The notes: generated by a model not told the origin, from the letters alone. A DNA stretch of 64,000 nucleotides from Nitrospirota bacterium (GCA_016208965.1 JACQXB010000023.1:25904-89903); one strand, 5' to 3'; positions 1-9,609 are shown, counted from the first letter of the stretch. Numbers and translations: made by a program.

Positions 1-627
1 TTCCTGAAAGTTAGTGATTTTTATATACCCTATCCCTTCTTCTAAAACCTTGCTCTTTACACTTTGGATTTTTATTATGTCCCTTACGATAGGTATGTCC
101 TTTGGCTCATCCCATCCCTTACGCATTATGGTTATTGTCACAGATGTCCCCTTGAGTCCCCTTAACTTACTGACCGCATCTTGTAAGTTCATGTCCTTTG
201 TTGACTCACCGTTGATTTTAATAATCTTGTCGCCTGCCTTTACCCCTGCCTTATGTGCCGGGGTATCATCAATAGGCGCAATAACTGTAAGCATGTCATC
301 TTTTATCCCGATTTGAATTCCGATACCGCCAAATTCTCCCTTTGTTTCAACCTGCATCTCTTTAAATGCCTCGGGTGTCATGAAGGTAGAGTGCGGGTCT
401 AAGGAATTAAGCATTCCTTTTATTGCACCATAGATAAGGTCCTTATCATTTGCCTCCTCCACATAGTTCTTCTTTATCAAAGAAAGCACCTCTGTAAAGG
501 TTTTTAAGCTTTCATAATGCTCTTCTCCTGTTACCTTTGCTAAACCCCATTGCCCAATTGTTGCACCTGTAAAAACAAGTGTTATAATCAATATCATCCA
601 TAAGAGTATTGTTTTTTGCCTAAACAT
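1..627 (-). CDS. ctpA: S41 family C-terminal processing protease (partial, runs off the window)
   Basis: ATG at 627 with GGAGG RBS; translation has an N-terminal TM segment, YVEE..LIYGAIKGMLNSLDPHS, GEFGGIGI and a PDZ motif; follows ftsEX-envC. Confidence 0.9.
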   Translation of the reverse strand, partial: MFRQKTILLWMILIITLVFTGATIGQWGLAKVTGEEHYESLKTFTEVLSLIKKNYVEEANDKDLIYGAIKGMLNSLDPHSTFMTPEAFKEMQVETKGEFGGIGIQIGIKDDMLTVIAPIDDTPAHKAGVKAGDKIIKINGESTKDMNLQDAVSKLRGLKGTSVTITIMRKGWDEPKDIPIVRDIIKIQSVKSKVLEEGIGYIKITNFQE

Positions 628-830
628 CTTTAACCTCCATAATTATGTTATCAGTTATCTTGAGCGATTTACATTTATACATAGCAGACATAGATGACAG
701 AAAAGGCTTTGTTGCAACACCTTTAGACATGCCATACTGCAAGCCCTGATTCCACTTATCAGATGTGTTTTAAGGCTAAAAGGATTTGCAGTATGGCATA
801 AGATAATCATCAGTAACTGTCCACCAAATT

Positions 831-2042
831 TTATTTTTTCCTTAACCAGTAAACTGGATTGATTGGTTTCCCTTTATATCTGATTTCAAAATACAGACTT
901 GGCACATTAAGAATTCCTGATTCTCCAACCCTTCCAACAGGCTGATATTCTTTAATAATATCACCTACTTCATGAAAAATCTCCGATAGGTGTGCATAAA
1001 GGGTATGATAGCCATCCCCGTGGTTAATTATAAGAAGCTGACCATAACCCTTAAACCAGTCTGCATATACTACCCTTCCTCCGTATACTGCCCTTGCAGC
1101 CTCACCTCTTCCTGCCTGTATCTCTATTCCATTTTTGAAAACAGATATATTAAATTGAGGGTCCTTATAATTTCCAAATGGTATTAATATCTTACCATCA
1201 ACAGGCCATGGAAGTCTCCCTTTAAGTGCAGCGAAGCCCTTGCCAAACACCGGCGGGAGGGGTTCTTCTTTTTCAAGTTTTTTAATCATCTCAAAAAGTC
1301 TTTTTGATGATTCTTCAAGCTCTTTAATCATCTTTTCATAGGAACGTCTTTCCCTTTTTACAGAGGCAAGGAGGGTGTCTTTCTTCTGCCGCTCTACCTG
1401 TATTTCGTCTGCCTTCTTTTTAATTTTTTGTTTGTTTATCTCAAGTTCTTTCTTAAGAACAGCCATCTCTTGCATTTTCATTTTAAGTTCGTCTAACTCT
1501 TTACTATAAGCCTCCATCACTTTACGGTCATAATAAGCAATAAAACTAATATATCTACTTTTTTTAATCAAATTCTGATAATCCATGGCTGACATCAATA
1601 TAACCGCAGCATCACCTCGCTGTTGTTTGTAAAGACTCCTCAGTCGCTGCCTTAAAAATTCTTGCCTCTTTTCAAGCTTCCCATTGAGGGTGAAGACCTC
1701 TACATCAAGTGACCTTATTTTTGTTCGAGTCTGTTTTAATCGATTGTCATAATACACCATTTCTTCCTTCTTCTCACTTAGCGCCTTATCTATCCTCTCT
1801 AATTCTGAAAGGATAGATTTTTCTTTTTTAATAGTCTTCGCTGCTTTTCGCTTCTCCATGTCAAGTTTTTTCTGAACTTCCTTAAGTTCATCCCTGGGAT
1901 CAGAGGCTTCTACAAGTGAGAAGTAAGCCCGCCCCGCTTCGCAGAGCGAGGCCGGGGAAGTGAGAAGTAAGAAGTTAAAAACAAGAAGTAAAATCCGAAC
2001 GTTCCACTTCCTACTTCCTACTTCCCACTTCCCATTTCTCAT
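831..2042 (-). CDS. envC: Murein hydrolase activator EnvC (coiled coil + M23-like domain)
   Basis: Long coiled coil, LPWPVDG and GYGQLLIINHGDGYHTLYAHL; downstream of ftsEX. Confidence 0.9.
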   Translation of the reverse strand: MRNGKWEVGSRKWNVRILLLVFNFLLLTSPASLCEAGRAYFSLVEASDPRDELKEVQKKLDMEKRKAAKTIKKEKSILSELERIDKALSEKKEEMVYYDNRLKQTRTKIRSLDVEVFTLNGKLEKRQEFLRQRLRSLYKQQRGDAAVILMSAMDYQNLIKKSRYISFIAYYDRKVMEAYSKELDELKMKMQEMAVLKKELEINKQKIKKKADEIQVERQKKDTLLASVKRERRSYEKMIKELEESSKRLFEMIKKLEKEEPLPPVFGKGFAALKGRLPWPVDGKILIPFGNYKDPQFNISVFKNGIEIQAGRGEAARAVYGGRVVYADWFKGYGQLLIINHGDGYHTLYAHLSEIFHEVGDIIKEYQPVGRVGESGILNVPSLYFEIRYKGKPINPVYWLRKK

Positions 2043-2043
2043 T

Positions 2044-2928
2044 TCAATACCTTATTCTACCAACAGCAAATATACTTCCAATAAGGCTCATCAGTGCCCC
2101 GGTAAAGGGAGGTAACAGATAAGCAGTAAAGGGGAAGGATGTTGTCGCACCTTTGATTGAAGGTAAAAATTCTATAATCTTGGATGTTGCAAACATATAA
2201 ATACCCTGAAGGGTAAATAATCCAATAATTCCACCGAGTATCCCAATAAAAAGCCCTTCTATCAGGAATGGCAGCATTATAAAACTCCTTGTTGCACCTA
2301 ATAGCTTTAATGTCTCTATCTCCTCTGCTCTTCTGTAAAATAAAATCTTAATGGTACTGTAGGTAACAAATGCAGTAGCAATAAATATCACACTACCGAG
2401 AATTATGGCTATAACATTTATGCCCTTTGACAGTGAATTTAAGGATGAAAGCCATTTCTCTCCATACTGCACATCTTCTACCCATGCAATTTGCCTTATA
2501 TGTTCTGCCTTCTGTTTTATCCGTAACGGCTCTAATGCCCTCCTTTCAAGCCTAAGTTCAAAAGACGATGGCAGTGGATTTTCTTCAAATCCTCCAAGAA
2601 TAGGATTTGCAGCCCCTAATGTCTGTTTTAGCTCTTTAAGCGCCTCATCTTTTGATATGTAATTGACCTCAATGATGTCCTTGTCTTTTTTAAAATATTC
2701 TTTTAATAATTCTACATCCTCCAATGTCATGTTGTCTTTAAGATATACAATAAGTCCAAACCCCTTTGCCCACTGCCTAAGCGACAGATCCATGTTTAGA
2801 GTTATAAGAGTGAAGGCACCGAGGATCATGAGCCCCAGAGCAACTGTAAGGACCGTAAGGGCGTTTATCAATTTTTCATGCCAGAAGTTTTTGACTGCGG
2901 TTTGGAATAAATAATAAAGAGTTCTCAA
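2044..2928 (-). CDS. ftsX: Cell division permease FtsX
   Basis: 4-TM layout, ENPLP, RAEEIETLKLLGAT motif. Confidence 0.92.
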   Translation of the reverse strand: MRTLYYLFQTAVKNFWHEKLINALTVLTVALGLMILGAFTLITLNMDLSLRQWAKGFGLIVYLKDNMTLEDVELLKEYFKKDKDIIEVNYISKDEALKELKQTLGAANPILGGFEENPLPSSFELRLERRALEPLRIKQKAEHIRQIAWVEDVQYGEKWLSSLNSLSKGINVIAIILGSVIFIATAFVTYSTIKILFYRRAEEIETLKLLGATRSFIMLPFLIEGLFIGILGGIIGLFTLQGIYMFATSKIIEFLPSIKGATTSFPFTAYLLPPFTGALMSLIGSIFAVGRIRY

Positions 2929-3587
2929 CCTATTGTATCCTTCCCAATCCTGCCATTTTCTAAATATATTACCCTCTTACCTGTGTCTCTGAAAAGTTCT
3001 CTGTGGTGAGTTGCAATAACTACTGTTGTGCCTCTTAAATTTATCTCTCTAAAGAGTTTCATGATATTGGCAGAGGCGTCTGGGTCAAGATTTCCTGTTG
3101 GTTCATCCGCAATCAAGAGCATTGGTTTTGATACCACTGCCCTGGCTATCGCAGCCATCTGCTGCTGCCCTCCGGAAAGATGTTGAGGAAAATCATTTGC
3201 CTTATATTTTAGCCCTATATCGCTTAGTAACCCACTTACAGTCTCTTTTATATCTTTTGGACGCCCACCTTGGACCCTTAATGCAAGTGCAACATTGTCA
3301 AAGATAGTGATATTCTGCAAAAGCCTAAAATCCTGAAAAACTACCCCTATACTTCTTCTTAAAAACGGAATGCTGTTCCGGCTCAGTTTTCCTATATCCC
3401 ATCCTGCAACGATGATATTCCCTTCATCAGGCCGTTCTGCCATATAAATGAGTCTGAGCAGGGTTGTCTTTCCTGCTCCACTTGGACCTGTTATATAAAC
3501 AAGAGCGCCTTTATCAATTAAAAAGGTTATATCTTTAAGCACATATTCATTATCAAAATACTTTGAAACATTAGATAGTTGAATCAT
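2925..3587 (-). CDS. ftsE: Cell division ATP-binding protein FtsE
   Basis: [28 protein letters not shown]. Confidence 0.92.
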   Translation of the reverse strand: MIQLSNVSKYFDNEYVLKDITFLIDKGALVYITGPSGAGKTTLLRLIYMAERPDEGNIIVAGWDIGKLSRNSIPFLRRSIGVVFQDFRLLQNITIFDNVALALRVQGGRPKDIKETVSGLLSDIGLKYKANDFPQHLSGGQQQMAAIARAVVSKPMLLIADEPTGNLDPDASANIMKLFREINLRGTTVVIATHHRELFRDTGKRVIYLENGRIGKDTIG

Positions 3588-3588
3588 T

Positions 3589-4611
3589 TCATAGTGCCTC
3601 TTCTACAGTTTTAACAATGCCCTCTGGGGTAAGCCCATATAGCTTTAATAAAGCATCAGGATTACCCGAACAGCCAAAGACATCCCTTATCCCTATTCTC
3701 TTTACAGGCACAGGGTAATTCTCAGAGAGAAATTCACATACCGCCCCTCCAAGACCCCCTATCACTGAATGTTCCTCTGCAGTAATAATTAACTTTGAGC
3801 TTTTTGCTGCTAAAAGCAGAGTGTCTTCATCAAGGGGTTTTATTGTAGACATATTAATAACACCGGTATCGATACCTTGACTTGAAAGTGACTTTGCAGC
3901 CTTCAAAGCAGCATCTACCATAATGCCTACTGCTATTATATTAGCATCTTTTCCTATACGAAATACATATGCCCGTCCGAGTTTGAATTTATAATCAGGA
4001 GGCATGATGCACGGAACCTTTACCCTTCCAAGTCTGACATAAACAGGGCCGGAGTAATCTGCTATTGCATTGATTACTGAGGTGGTTTCAATTGCATCAG
4101 CCGGGACAATTACTGTCATGTTTGGGAGTACCCTCATCAGCGCTATATCTTCAAGCGCCTGATGGGATGCCCCGTCTTCCCCTACCGTTATCCCCCCATG
4201 AGTTGCAACAAGTTTGACATTTGTATTTGAATAGCATATAACCAGCCTTATCTGGTCCCATGCCCTGCCTGTTTCAAAGACTGCAAATGTTGAGGCAAAA
4301 GGGACTTTGCCTGTCAGAGACAATCCTGCTGCTGTCCCAACCATATCCTGCTCTGAAACGCCTAAATTAAAAAACCTATGAGGGAATGCCTTTGCAAATT
4401 TCGCTGTCTTTGTTGAACCTGAGAGGTCAGCATCTAACACTACAATATTATCCCTCTTTTTCCCGAGCTCAAGCAAAGCCTCTCCATAAGCATCCCTTGT
4501 TGCAATCATTTTTACTTCTGTGTTCTGTGCTCTGTGCTCAAATCCCCCCATCCCCCCTTTGCTAAAGGGGGGTGAGGGGGGATTATTTGTGCTCTGTGTT
4601 CTTTCCCCCAT
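3589..4611 (-). CDS. Transketolase C-terminal subunit; the first ~34 codons are repeat-derived (alternative start 4509)
   Basis: ATRDAYGEAL, DADLSGST, GEDGASHQ, EEHSVIGGLG. Confidence 0.92.
   Translation of the reverse strand: MGERTQSTNNPPSPPFSKGGMGGFEHRAQNTEVKMIATRDAYGEALLELGKKRDNIVVLDADLSGSTKTAKFAKAFPHRFFNLGVSEQDMVGTAAGLSLTGKVPFASTFAVFETGRAWDQIRLVICYSNTNVKLVATHGGITVGEDGASHQALEDIALMRVLPNMTVIVPADAIETTSVINAIADYSGPVYVRLGRVKVPCIMPPDYKFKLGRAYVFRIGKDANIIAVGIMVDAALKAAKSLSSQGIDTGVINMSTIKPLDEDTLLLAAKSSKLIITAEEHSVIGGLGGAVCEFLSENYPVPVKRIGIRDVFGCSGNPDALLKLYGLTPEGIVKTVEEAL
4541..4584. repeat. 44-bp G/C palindromic element, copy 1
   Basis: AATCCCCCCATCCCCCCTTTGCTAAAGGGGGGTGAGGGGGGATT; near-identical copies at 37365, 38652 and 43362. 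Confidence 0.95.
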
Positions 4612-5466
4612 TTACTCAAGCTCCTTTAATGCCCTTTCAAGCTCTGCTGGTGTTGGAGCAATGCCATGATATTCTACCTTTCCTTCAAAAAATGAAACGC
4701 CCTTGCCTTTTATAGTATGTGCAATTATAACAGTAGGTTTGCCTTTAATGTTTTCTGCCTCATTAAGGGCGCTGAGTATTTGTTCCATATTATGTCCGTC
4801 AACCTCCATTACATGCCAACCAAATGCGGCCCATTTGTCATGTAAGGGAGCAATTCTCATCACTTCCTCTACAGGACCATCTATCTGCAATCCGTTGTTG
4901 TCCACAATGCCGCAGATATTATCAAGTCCATAATGTGCCGCTGTCATAGCAGCTTCCCATATCTGCCCCTCCTGTATCTCGCCATCACCCATAAGGCAGT
5001 ATACCCTTGAAGAAATCTTATCAAGCCTAAATCCTAAGGCTATGCCATTAGCAACAGATAACCCCTGGCCTAATGAACCTGTTGATATTTCAACCCCTGG
5101 AAGCGTCCTGCAATATGGATGTCCCTGAAGAGGACTATGGATTTTTCTCAGGGTAGAAAGCAGCTCAACCGAAAAAAAACCTGTCTTTGCAAGAACTGCA
5201 TATAGAAGAGGCGCTACATGTCCTTTTGAGAGGATAAACCTGTCTCTTTCTCTCCACTCAGGGTCTTTAGGATTAAATTTCATCTTCGCAAAGAAAAGCG
5301 CTGCTACCACATCAACGGCTGAGAGCGAGCCACCTGTATGACCTGAGCCTGCTTCTGTCAACATCTTCAGGATGAGGACCCTTATCTCTCGTGCAATGTT
5401 CTTAAGGGTTTCAATATCTGTGATTTTTCCACCTGCTGCAAAGCCCATTTCTTTTGCTCCTCTCAT
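4612..5466 (-). CDS. Transketolase N-terminal (TPP-binding) subunit
   Basis: SGHTGGSLS, RDRFILSKGH, STGSLGQG, GDGE..EG. Confidence 0.93.
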   Translation of the reverse strand: MRGAKEMGFAAGGKITDIETLKNIAREIRVLILKMLTEAGSGHTGGSLSAVDVVAALFFAKMKFNPKDPEWRERDRFILSKGHVAPLLYAVLAKTGFFSVELLSTLRKIHSPLQGHPYCRTLPGVEISTGSLGQGLSVANGIALGFRLDKISSRVYCLMGDGEIQEGQIWEAAMTAAHYGLDNICGIVDNNGLQIDGPVEEVMRIAPLHDKWAAFGWHVMEVDGHNMEQILSALNEAENIKGKPTVIIAHTIKGKGVSFFEGKVEYHGIAPTPAELERALKELE

Positions 5467-5503
5467 TTCTTATTGAACAGACCCTTAATGCTAAAAATAT
5501 TTT

Positions 5504-5849
5504 ACCCTGTTAGAAAACCCCGCCATTTATGGTGGGGATGATAAAAATAAATAATATTCATCTTAATACAAATGCATTAAATTACTTTACATAAAATCTC
5601 CCCCTTACCCCTCTTTGCCAAAGAGGGGGACAAAGTATGGCTTTGCCAAAGAGGGGAATATGAGGAATCTCCCCCTTTGGTATGAACCGCTCTGGTTCAT
5701 ACCTTTGTAAAAGGGGGATGAAGGGGGATTTTTTAATTGTATTCATTTTACCTTTGTAATTTTAGTATGAACCGTTATGGTTCATACTTTACTTAATGCG
5801 TTTGTATTAGAAAGGGCGAAGTTTAAAGTCCTATCCTTTCTAACGGGGT
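5504..5849. repeat. REP-like element with CCCCGTTAGAAA/TTTCTAACGGGG arms, enclosing a MITE
   Basis: Arms at 5504-5516 and 5837-5849; the same arm family is at 6765-6861, 44979-44998 and 60042-60072. Confidence 0.8.
5564..5809. mobile_element. ~245-bp MITE, copy A (TIR ATACAAAYGCATTAA, TA flanks)
   Basis: Terminal inverted repeats; near-identical inverted copy at 21119-21363. Confidence 0.9.
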
Positions 5850-5892
5850 TTACGAATTATAAAACGATAAGATGATTAGAAGCAATAGATTT

Positions 5893-6486
5893 TTAGATTA
5901 CATACTTAACCACTATGAAGCCAAGGATTAATAACGCAAAGAATATAAGTGTGAGAAGGTTGAAATATTTATCTATAAAATCCTTTATCCTCGGACCATA
6001 AAAGTAAATAAATCCTGCAACAAGGAAAAACCTTCCAGCCCGCCCTGCAATTGATGATAGGATAAAAATAGGGAAGTTTATCTTGAACGCACCAGCAGCT
6101 ATGGTAAATACCTTGTATGGTATAGGTGTAAATGCTGCCACGCTAACTACCCATGCATCGTATTTCATATAAAGAGATTGAAGGTATTTATACTTTTCCA
6201 TCGCTGCATATCCATAAAATTCAAGAATAGGCATTCCGACCATATCCATAAATCCAAAGCCTATACCATATCCAATCACTCCTCCAATTACAGAACCAAC
6301 TGTACAAAAAGTGGCGTACTTAAATGCCTTTTTAGGAATAGAAATAGATAGTGTTATTAAAAGCACATCAGGTGGAACTGGGAAAAAGGATGACTCGGTA
6401 ACAGCAAGTAAAAAAAGTGCAGGCACAGCATAAGGAGTTTCTGCCCAGTGCAATACCCAGTCATAAAGTTTTTTTAGATATTTCAT
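5893..6486 (-). CDS. YqaA/DedA family membrane protein
   Basis: ESSFFPVPPDVLL, FTPIPYKVFTIAAG. Confidence 0.88.
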   Translation of the reverse strand: MKYLKKLYDWVLHWAETPYAVPALFLLAVTESSFFPVPPDVLLITLSISIPKKAFKYATFCTVGSVIGGVIGYGIGFGFMDMVGMPILEFYGYAAMEKYKYLQSLYMKYDAWVVSVAAFTPIPYKVFTIAAGAFKINFPIFILSSIAGRAGRFFLVAGFIYFYGPRIKDFIDKYFNLLTLIFFALLILGFIVVKYVI

Positions 6487-6764
6487 GGCTGTTAAACAAA
6501 GTAGGCGTCCCGATCCCGAAGCGTCGGGACAGGACGCCTACTTTGTTAGGTTAAATATACCTAACGAAACTATCTCAGGGGTGTGGCCGCCAAGCTTAAT
6601 AAAAACACTCCTGAGATAGTTTAAATTTACAAAGTAAAAACACCTTGATTTTCAATCTCGCCACCTTGAGTTATTTTCTCTTCCAGAGCTATAGGTGTAT
6701 CTTAGGAAAGATGCTACACTAAATTATACCAATAACTGTAAGTTTTTGTCTATATAAAATTTTG

Positions 6765-6861
6765 CCCCGTTAGAAAGAACGTCCCGCCTTTTAGGCGGGG
6801 TAAAAAAATATAAATAGCGAGACCCGCAGCAAATTGCAATGGGTCGAGCTTTCTAACGGGG
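6765..6861. repeat. REP-like element (CCCCGTTAGAAA arms) with internal hairpins
   Basis: CCCCGTTAGAAA...TTTCTAACGGGG, with internal CCCGCCTTTTAGGCGGG. Confidence 0.75.
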
Positions 6862-6900
6862 GTTACATAAAAATATTTATTTTCAAAGAGTTACCTTTGT

Positions 6901-7881
6901 TTAGTATAACCCAAGTACATTCTTAACCTCTGTCAGGGTCTCTTTGGCTGCCATCTTTGCCTTTTCAGTTCCTGCCCGCGCTATATCTTTTAAAAACTCA
7001 GGTTTCTCCAAAAATCTTTTCCGGGCAGACCATATAGGTTCCAACACTTTAAAAATGTTCTTTATTAATATCTCCTTGCAATCAAGACAGCCAATCGCGG
7101 CTGTGCGGCAGCTGTCAGCAACCTCCTCTTGTTCATTTTTTGTTGAAAATATCTTATGAAGCTGAAATACAGGTGAAAGCTCAGGGTCGCCTTTGTCTGT
7201 ACGTCTTATCCTTTTGGGGTCAGTCATCATGGTTTTTATCTTCTGTTCAACCTCCTTAGGGGCATCACTGAGATAAATACAGTTATTGTAGCTCTTGCTC
7301 ATCTTTCTTCCGTCTAATCCTGTTACTTTTGGAAACTCTGTTAAAAGTCCCTCCGGCTCAGGGAACACATCCCCATAAAGGAAGTTAAATCTCCTGCAAA
7401 TCTCCCTTGTGATTTCCAGATGGGACAACTGGTCAATACCAACAGGAACATAATTAGCCTTATAAATCAGTATGTCTGCTGACTGAAGCACAGGGTAACC
7501 TAAAAATCCATGGGTAGCCAAATCCCTGTCTTTGATCTCTTGCTGTTTTTCCTTATATGTTGGGACGCGCTCAAGCCATCCCAGGGGTGTTATCATTGAA
7601 AGCAGTATATGTAGTTCAGCATGTTCAGGAACCCATGATTGTATAAATATAGTTGACTTTTTAGGGTCCAGTCCAACAGCAAGATAGTTAACAAGCATAT
7701 CTTCAATATTTTCTTTTATCTGAGATGCGTCAGTGTATTGAGTAGTAAGGGCATGCCAATCTGCAATAAAATAATAACACTCGTATTTCTCCTGCAACCT
7801 CACCCAATTTTGTAGTGCCCCCACTAAATTCCCTAAATGAAGCCTCCCGCTGGGCTGCATTCCACTAAGGACCCTTTCCAC
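6901..7881 (-). CDS. trpS: Tryptophan--tRNA ligase
   Basis: SGMQPSG-HLGN, YPVLQSADIL, KMSKS. Confidence 0.97.
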   Translation of the reverse strand: MERVLSGMQPSGRLHLGNLVGALQNWVRLQEKYECYYFIADWHALTTQYTDASQIKENIEDMLVNYLAVGLDPKKSTIFIQSWVPEHAELHILLSMITPLGWLERVPTYKEKQQEIKDRDLATHGFLGYPVLQSADILIYKANYVPVGIDQLSHLEITREICRRFNFLYGDVFPEPEGLLTEFPKVTGLDGRKMSKSYNNCIYLSDAPKEVEQKIKTMMTDPKRIRRTDKGDPELSPVFQLHKIFSTKNEQEEVADSCRTAAIGCLDCKEILIKNIFKVLEPIWSARKRFLEKPEFLKDIARAGTEKAKMAAKETLTEVKNVLGLY

Positions 7882-7882
7882 T

Positions 7883-8509
7883 TTAACCTCCTATTAAAAG
7901 GTACACCAGTAAAATGACAATTGGAAATATTATATAACTTGTCACACCTAAGAATATAAGCCCGAGTAATATGATGAACCCATAAGGCTCAATCCTGCTA
8001 TAAGCAACTGCATGTTTATGTGATAGCAATCCCATTAGTATTTTGCTTCCATCAAGAGGTGGAATAGGAATAAGATTAAATACACCAAGACCAATGTTTA
8101 ATACAACACAGTATCTGAGCATTAAAACCACTGGGATGTAAATCTCATCAGGTAAGGCAAGGGTAGTACGGAGAGTTTTATATAAAAATGCTGATATAAT
8201 TGCAATTATAAAATTTGCCCCTGGCCCTGCAATAGAGACCCACATCATGTCCTGCCTTGGGTTTTTCAGATTATATGGATTAACAGGAACAGGCTTTGCC
8301 CACCCGATCATTCTCGTAAATATAAAAACCATTGTACCTATAGGGTCAAGATGCTTTAATGGGTTTAAAGTTAACCTGCCTGCAAATCTTGCCGTGGGGT
8401 CGCCGAGTTTGTCAGCAACAAAGCCGTGGGCTACCTCGTGAAAGGTAACAGCAATCAAAAGTGGAACCGCTAATAAGGCGGTCTCTCTAATTATTTGGGT
8501 AAAGTCCAA
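7883..8509 (-). CDS. Site-2 protease (M50 family)
   Basis: HEVAH zinc motif, NLIPIPPLDG. Confidence 0.92.
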   Translation of the reverse strand: MDFTQIIRETALLAVPLLIAVTFHEVAHGFVADKLGDPTARFAGRLTLNPLKHLDPIGTMVFIFTRMIGWAKPVPVNPYNLKNPRQDMMWVSIAGPGANFIIAIISAFLYKTLRTTLALPDEIYIPVVLMLRYCVVLNIGLGVFNLIPIPPLDGSKILMGLLSHKHAVAYSRIEPYGFIILLGLIFLGVTSYIIFPIVILLVYLLIGG

Positions 8510-8619
8510 GATATCTCACCTTCTATAGTATTGTTTTTCTCTTCAAGCAGTGGATATAACTATGATACATAATTTATAAAATAAAAAACTACTTCCGTTG
8601 GGCAGTTGTTGCCTTATAT

Positions 8620-8667
8620 CTGGCATCTTGTATCTTGAATCTTGAATCCTGTATCATGAATCTTGCA
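8620..8667. repeat. Degenerate heptamer tandem repeat (TCYTGNA)
   Basis: tctggca tcttgta tcttgaa tcttgaa tcctgta tcatgaa tcttgca. Confidence 0.85.
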
Positions 8668-8675
8668 AGTAAACA

Positions 8676-8747
8676 GCCGATGTAGCTCAGTGGCAGAGCA
8701 ACTGATTCGTAATCAGTAGGTCGAGGGTTCAAGTCCCTCCATCGGCT
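8676..8747 (+). tRNA. tRNA-Thr(CGT)
   Basis: GCCGATG/CATCGGC acceptor stem, CTGAT-TCGTA-ATCAG anticodon arm, GTTCAAG T-loop. Confidence 0.95.
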
Positions 8748-8805
8748 TTTTTTATTTTCAATGACTTACAGCCGATAGAGATTAACTAATACCCCTATCA
8801 CACCA

Positions 8806-8912
8806 CTAATTGTATAGTTTTTGTATAGTTGGTTTCTCACCGTTAATAGTGTTATCCAGTATATCTACCGCTTTAACTTTGTGGCTTGGTGCAAGATGGG
8901 CATATCTGAGGG
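8806..8912 (-). pseudogene. Tyrosine integrase C-terminal remnant 1
   Basis: Translates LRYAHLAPSHKVKAVDILDNTINGEKPTIQKLYN*, containing the catalytic Tyr motif; lies next to the tRNA 3' end. Confidence 0.8.
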
Positions 8913-9039
8913 AACATCTTTATCGCGTGCTTTCAAGGCGAGGCAATCCTGAAATAAGAAGCCTGCTGACACTGCTTCACGCTATGGGACTGGAGCTTAG
9001 TGTAAAGGTGCAGAAACAGGTTTATGCGTAAGTCAGCAG
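8909..9039 (+). pseudogene. Duplicated 3' part of the addiction-module antidote gene
   Basis: 131 bp nearly identical to 12461-12591. Confidence 0.9.
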
Positions 9040-9088
9040 GGAACGGAAGCAAGGATTTTCTCTGTTAATTCTCCTACTTGGCTTTAAG

Positions 9089-9319
9089 CTATGAAAAAGC
9101 GAGTTCAGCTTTAATAGGAAGGGTTTTGATGTCTTTTGCATTTTTAAACCATTTCCTGAAGTTCAGGATTGAAAAACCAACCACTTCGCCACTCACAGGA
9201 TTAACCCTAAGAAAGAAGTCATCTTCTACTTCTTTGGAAATAGCTTTTTCAGGGTCGCCTATCGAAATGTCCAAAACATCCCCTTCGTCATCATATGCCA
9301 TTCTTAATTCTTTTCCCAT
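9089..9319 (-). CDS. DUF2283-like small protein (putative antitoxin)
   Basis: YDDEGDVLDI...VGFSILN; overlaps the upstream gene. Confidence 0.75.
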   Translation of the reverse strand: MGKELRMAYDDEGDVLDISIGDPEKAISKEVEDDFFLRVNPVSGEVVGFSILNFRKWFKNAKDIKTLPIKAELAFS

Positions 9320-9609
9320 AAAGTTTTTCCTTTTTTGATTACATCTGTAATATAACAAGTAAGAATAAAGGAACGCAAACCCTTCTTTGTTGCCACAAGC
9401 ATATATTTCCCATCAAAAATATCACTATAAAACTTGTAGTAAAGCAATACATCTGCGTCTCTTTTGCTTTTCTTAACATAATCTGGCGTGGACAGGACTT
9501 CGTGAATTCTTTCTTTATAAGGCTCTATTTCTATATGCTCCCTAACAATGTGGCGCCATCTTTCATCAGTAAGTTCAATTACGTTACTAAAGATATCTGT
9601 TATCGTCAT
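9304..9609 (-). CDS. Putative RelE/barnase-fold nuclease toxin (DUF4258/PBECR-like)
   Basis: IELTDERWRHIVREH...FILTCY; paired with the DUF2283-like gene. Confidence 0.6.
   Translation of the reverse strand: MTITDIFSNVIELTDERWRHIVREHIEIEPYKERIHEVLSTPDYVKKSKRDADVLLYYKFYSDIFDGKYMLVATKKGLRSFILTCYITDVIKKGKTLWEKN

Noticed and set aside
8810-9031. 73-aa ORF
   Set aside because: Chimera of antisense integrase remnant and the duplicated antidote tail.
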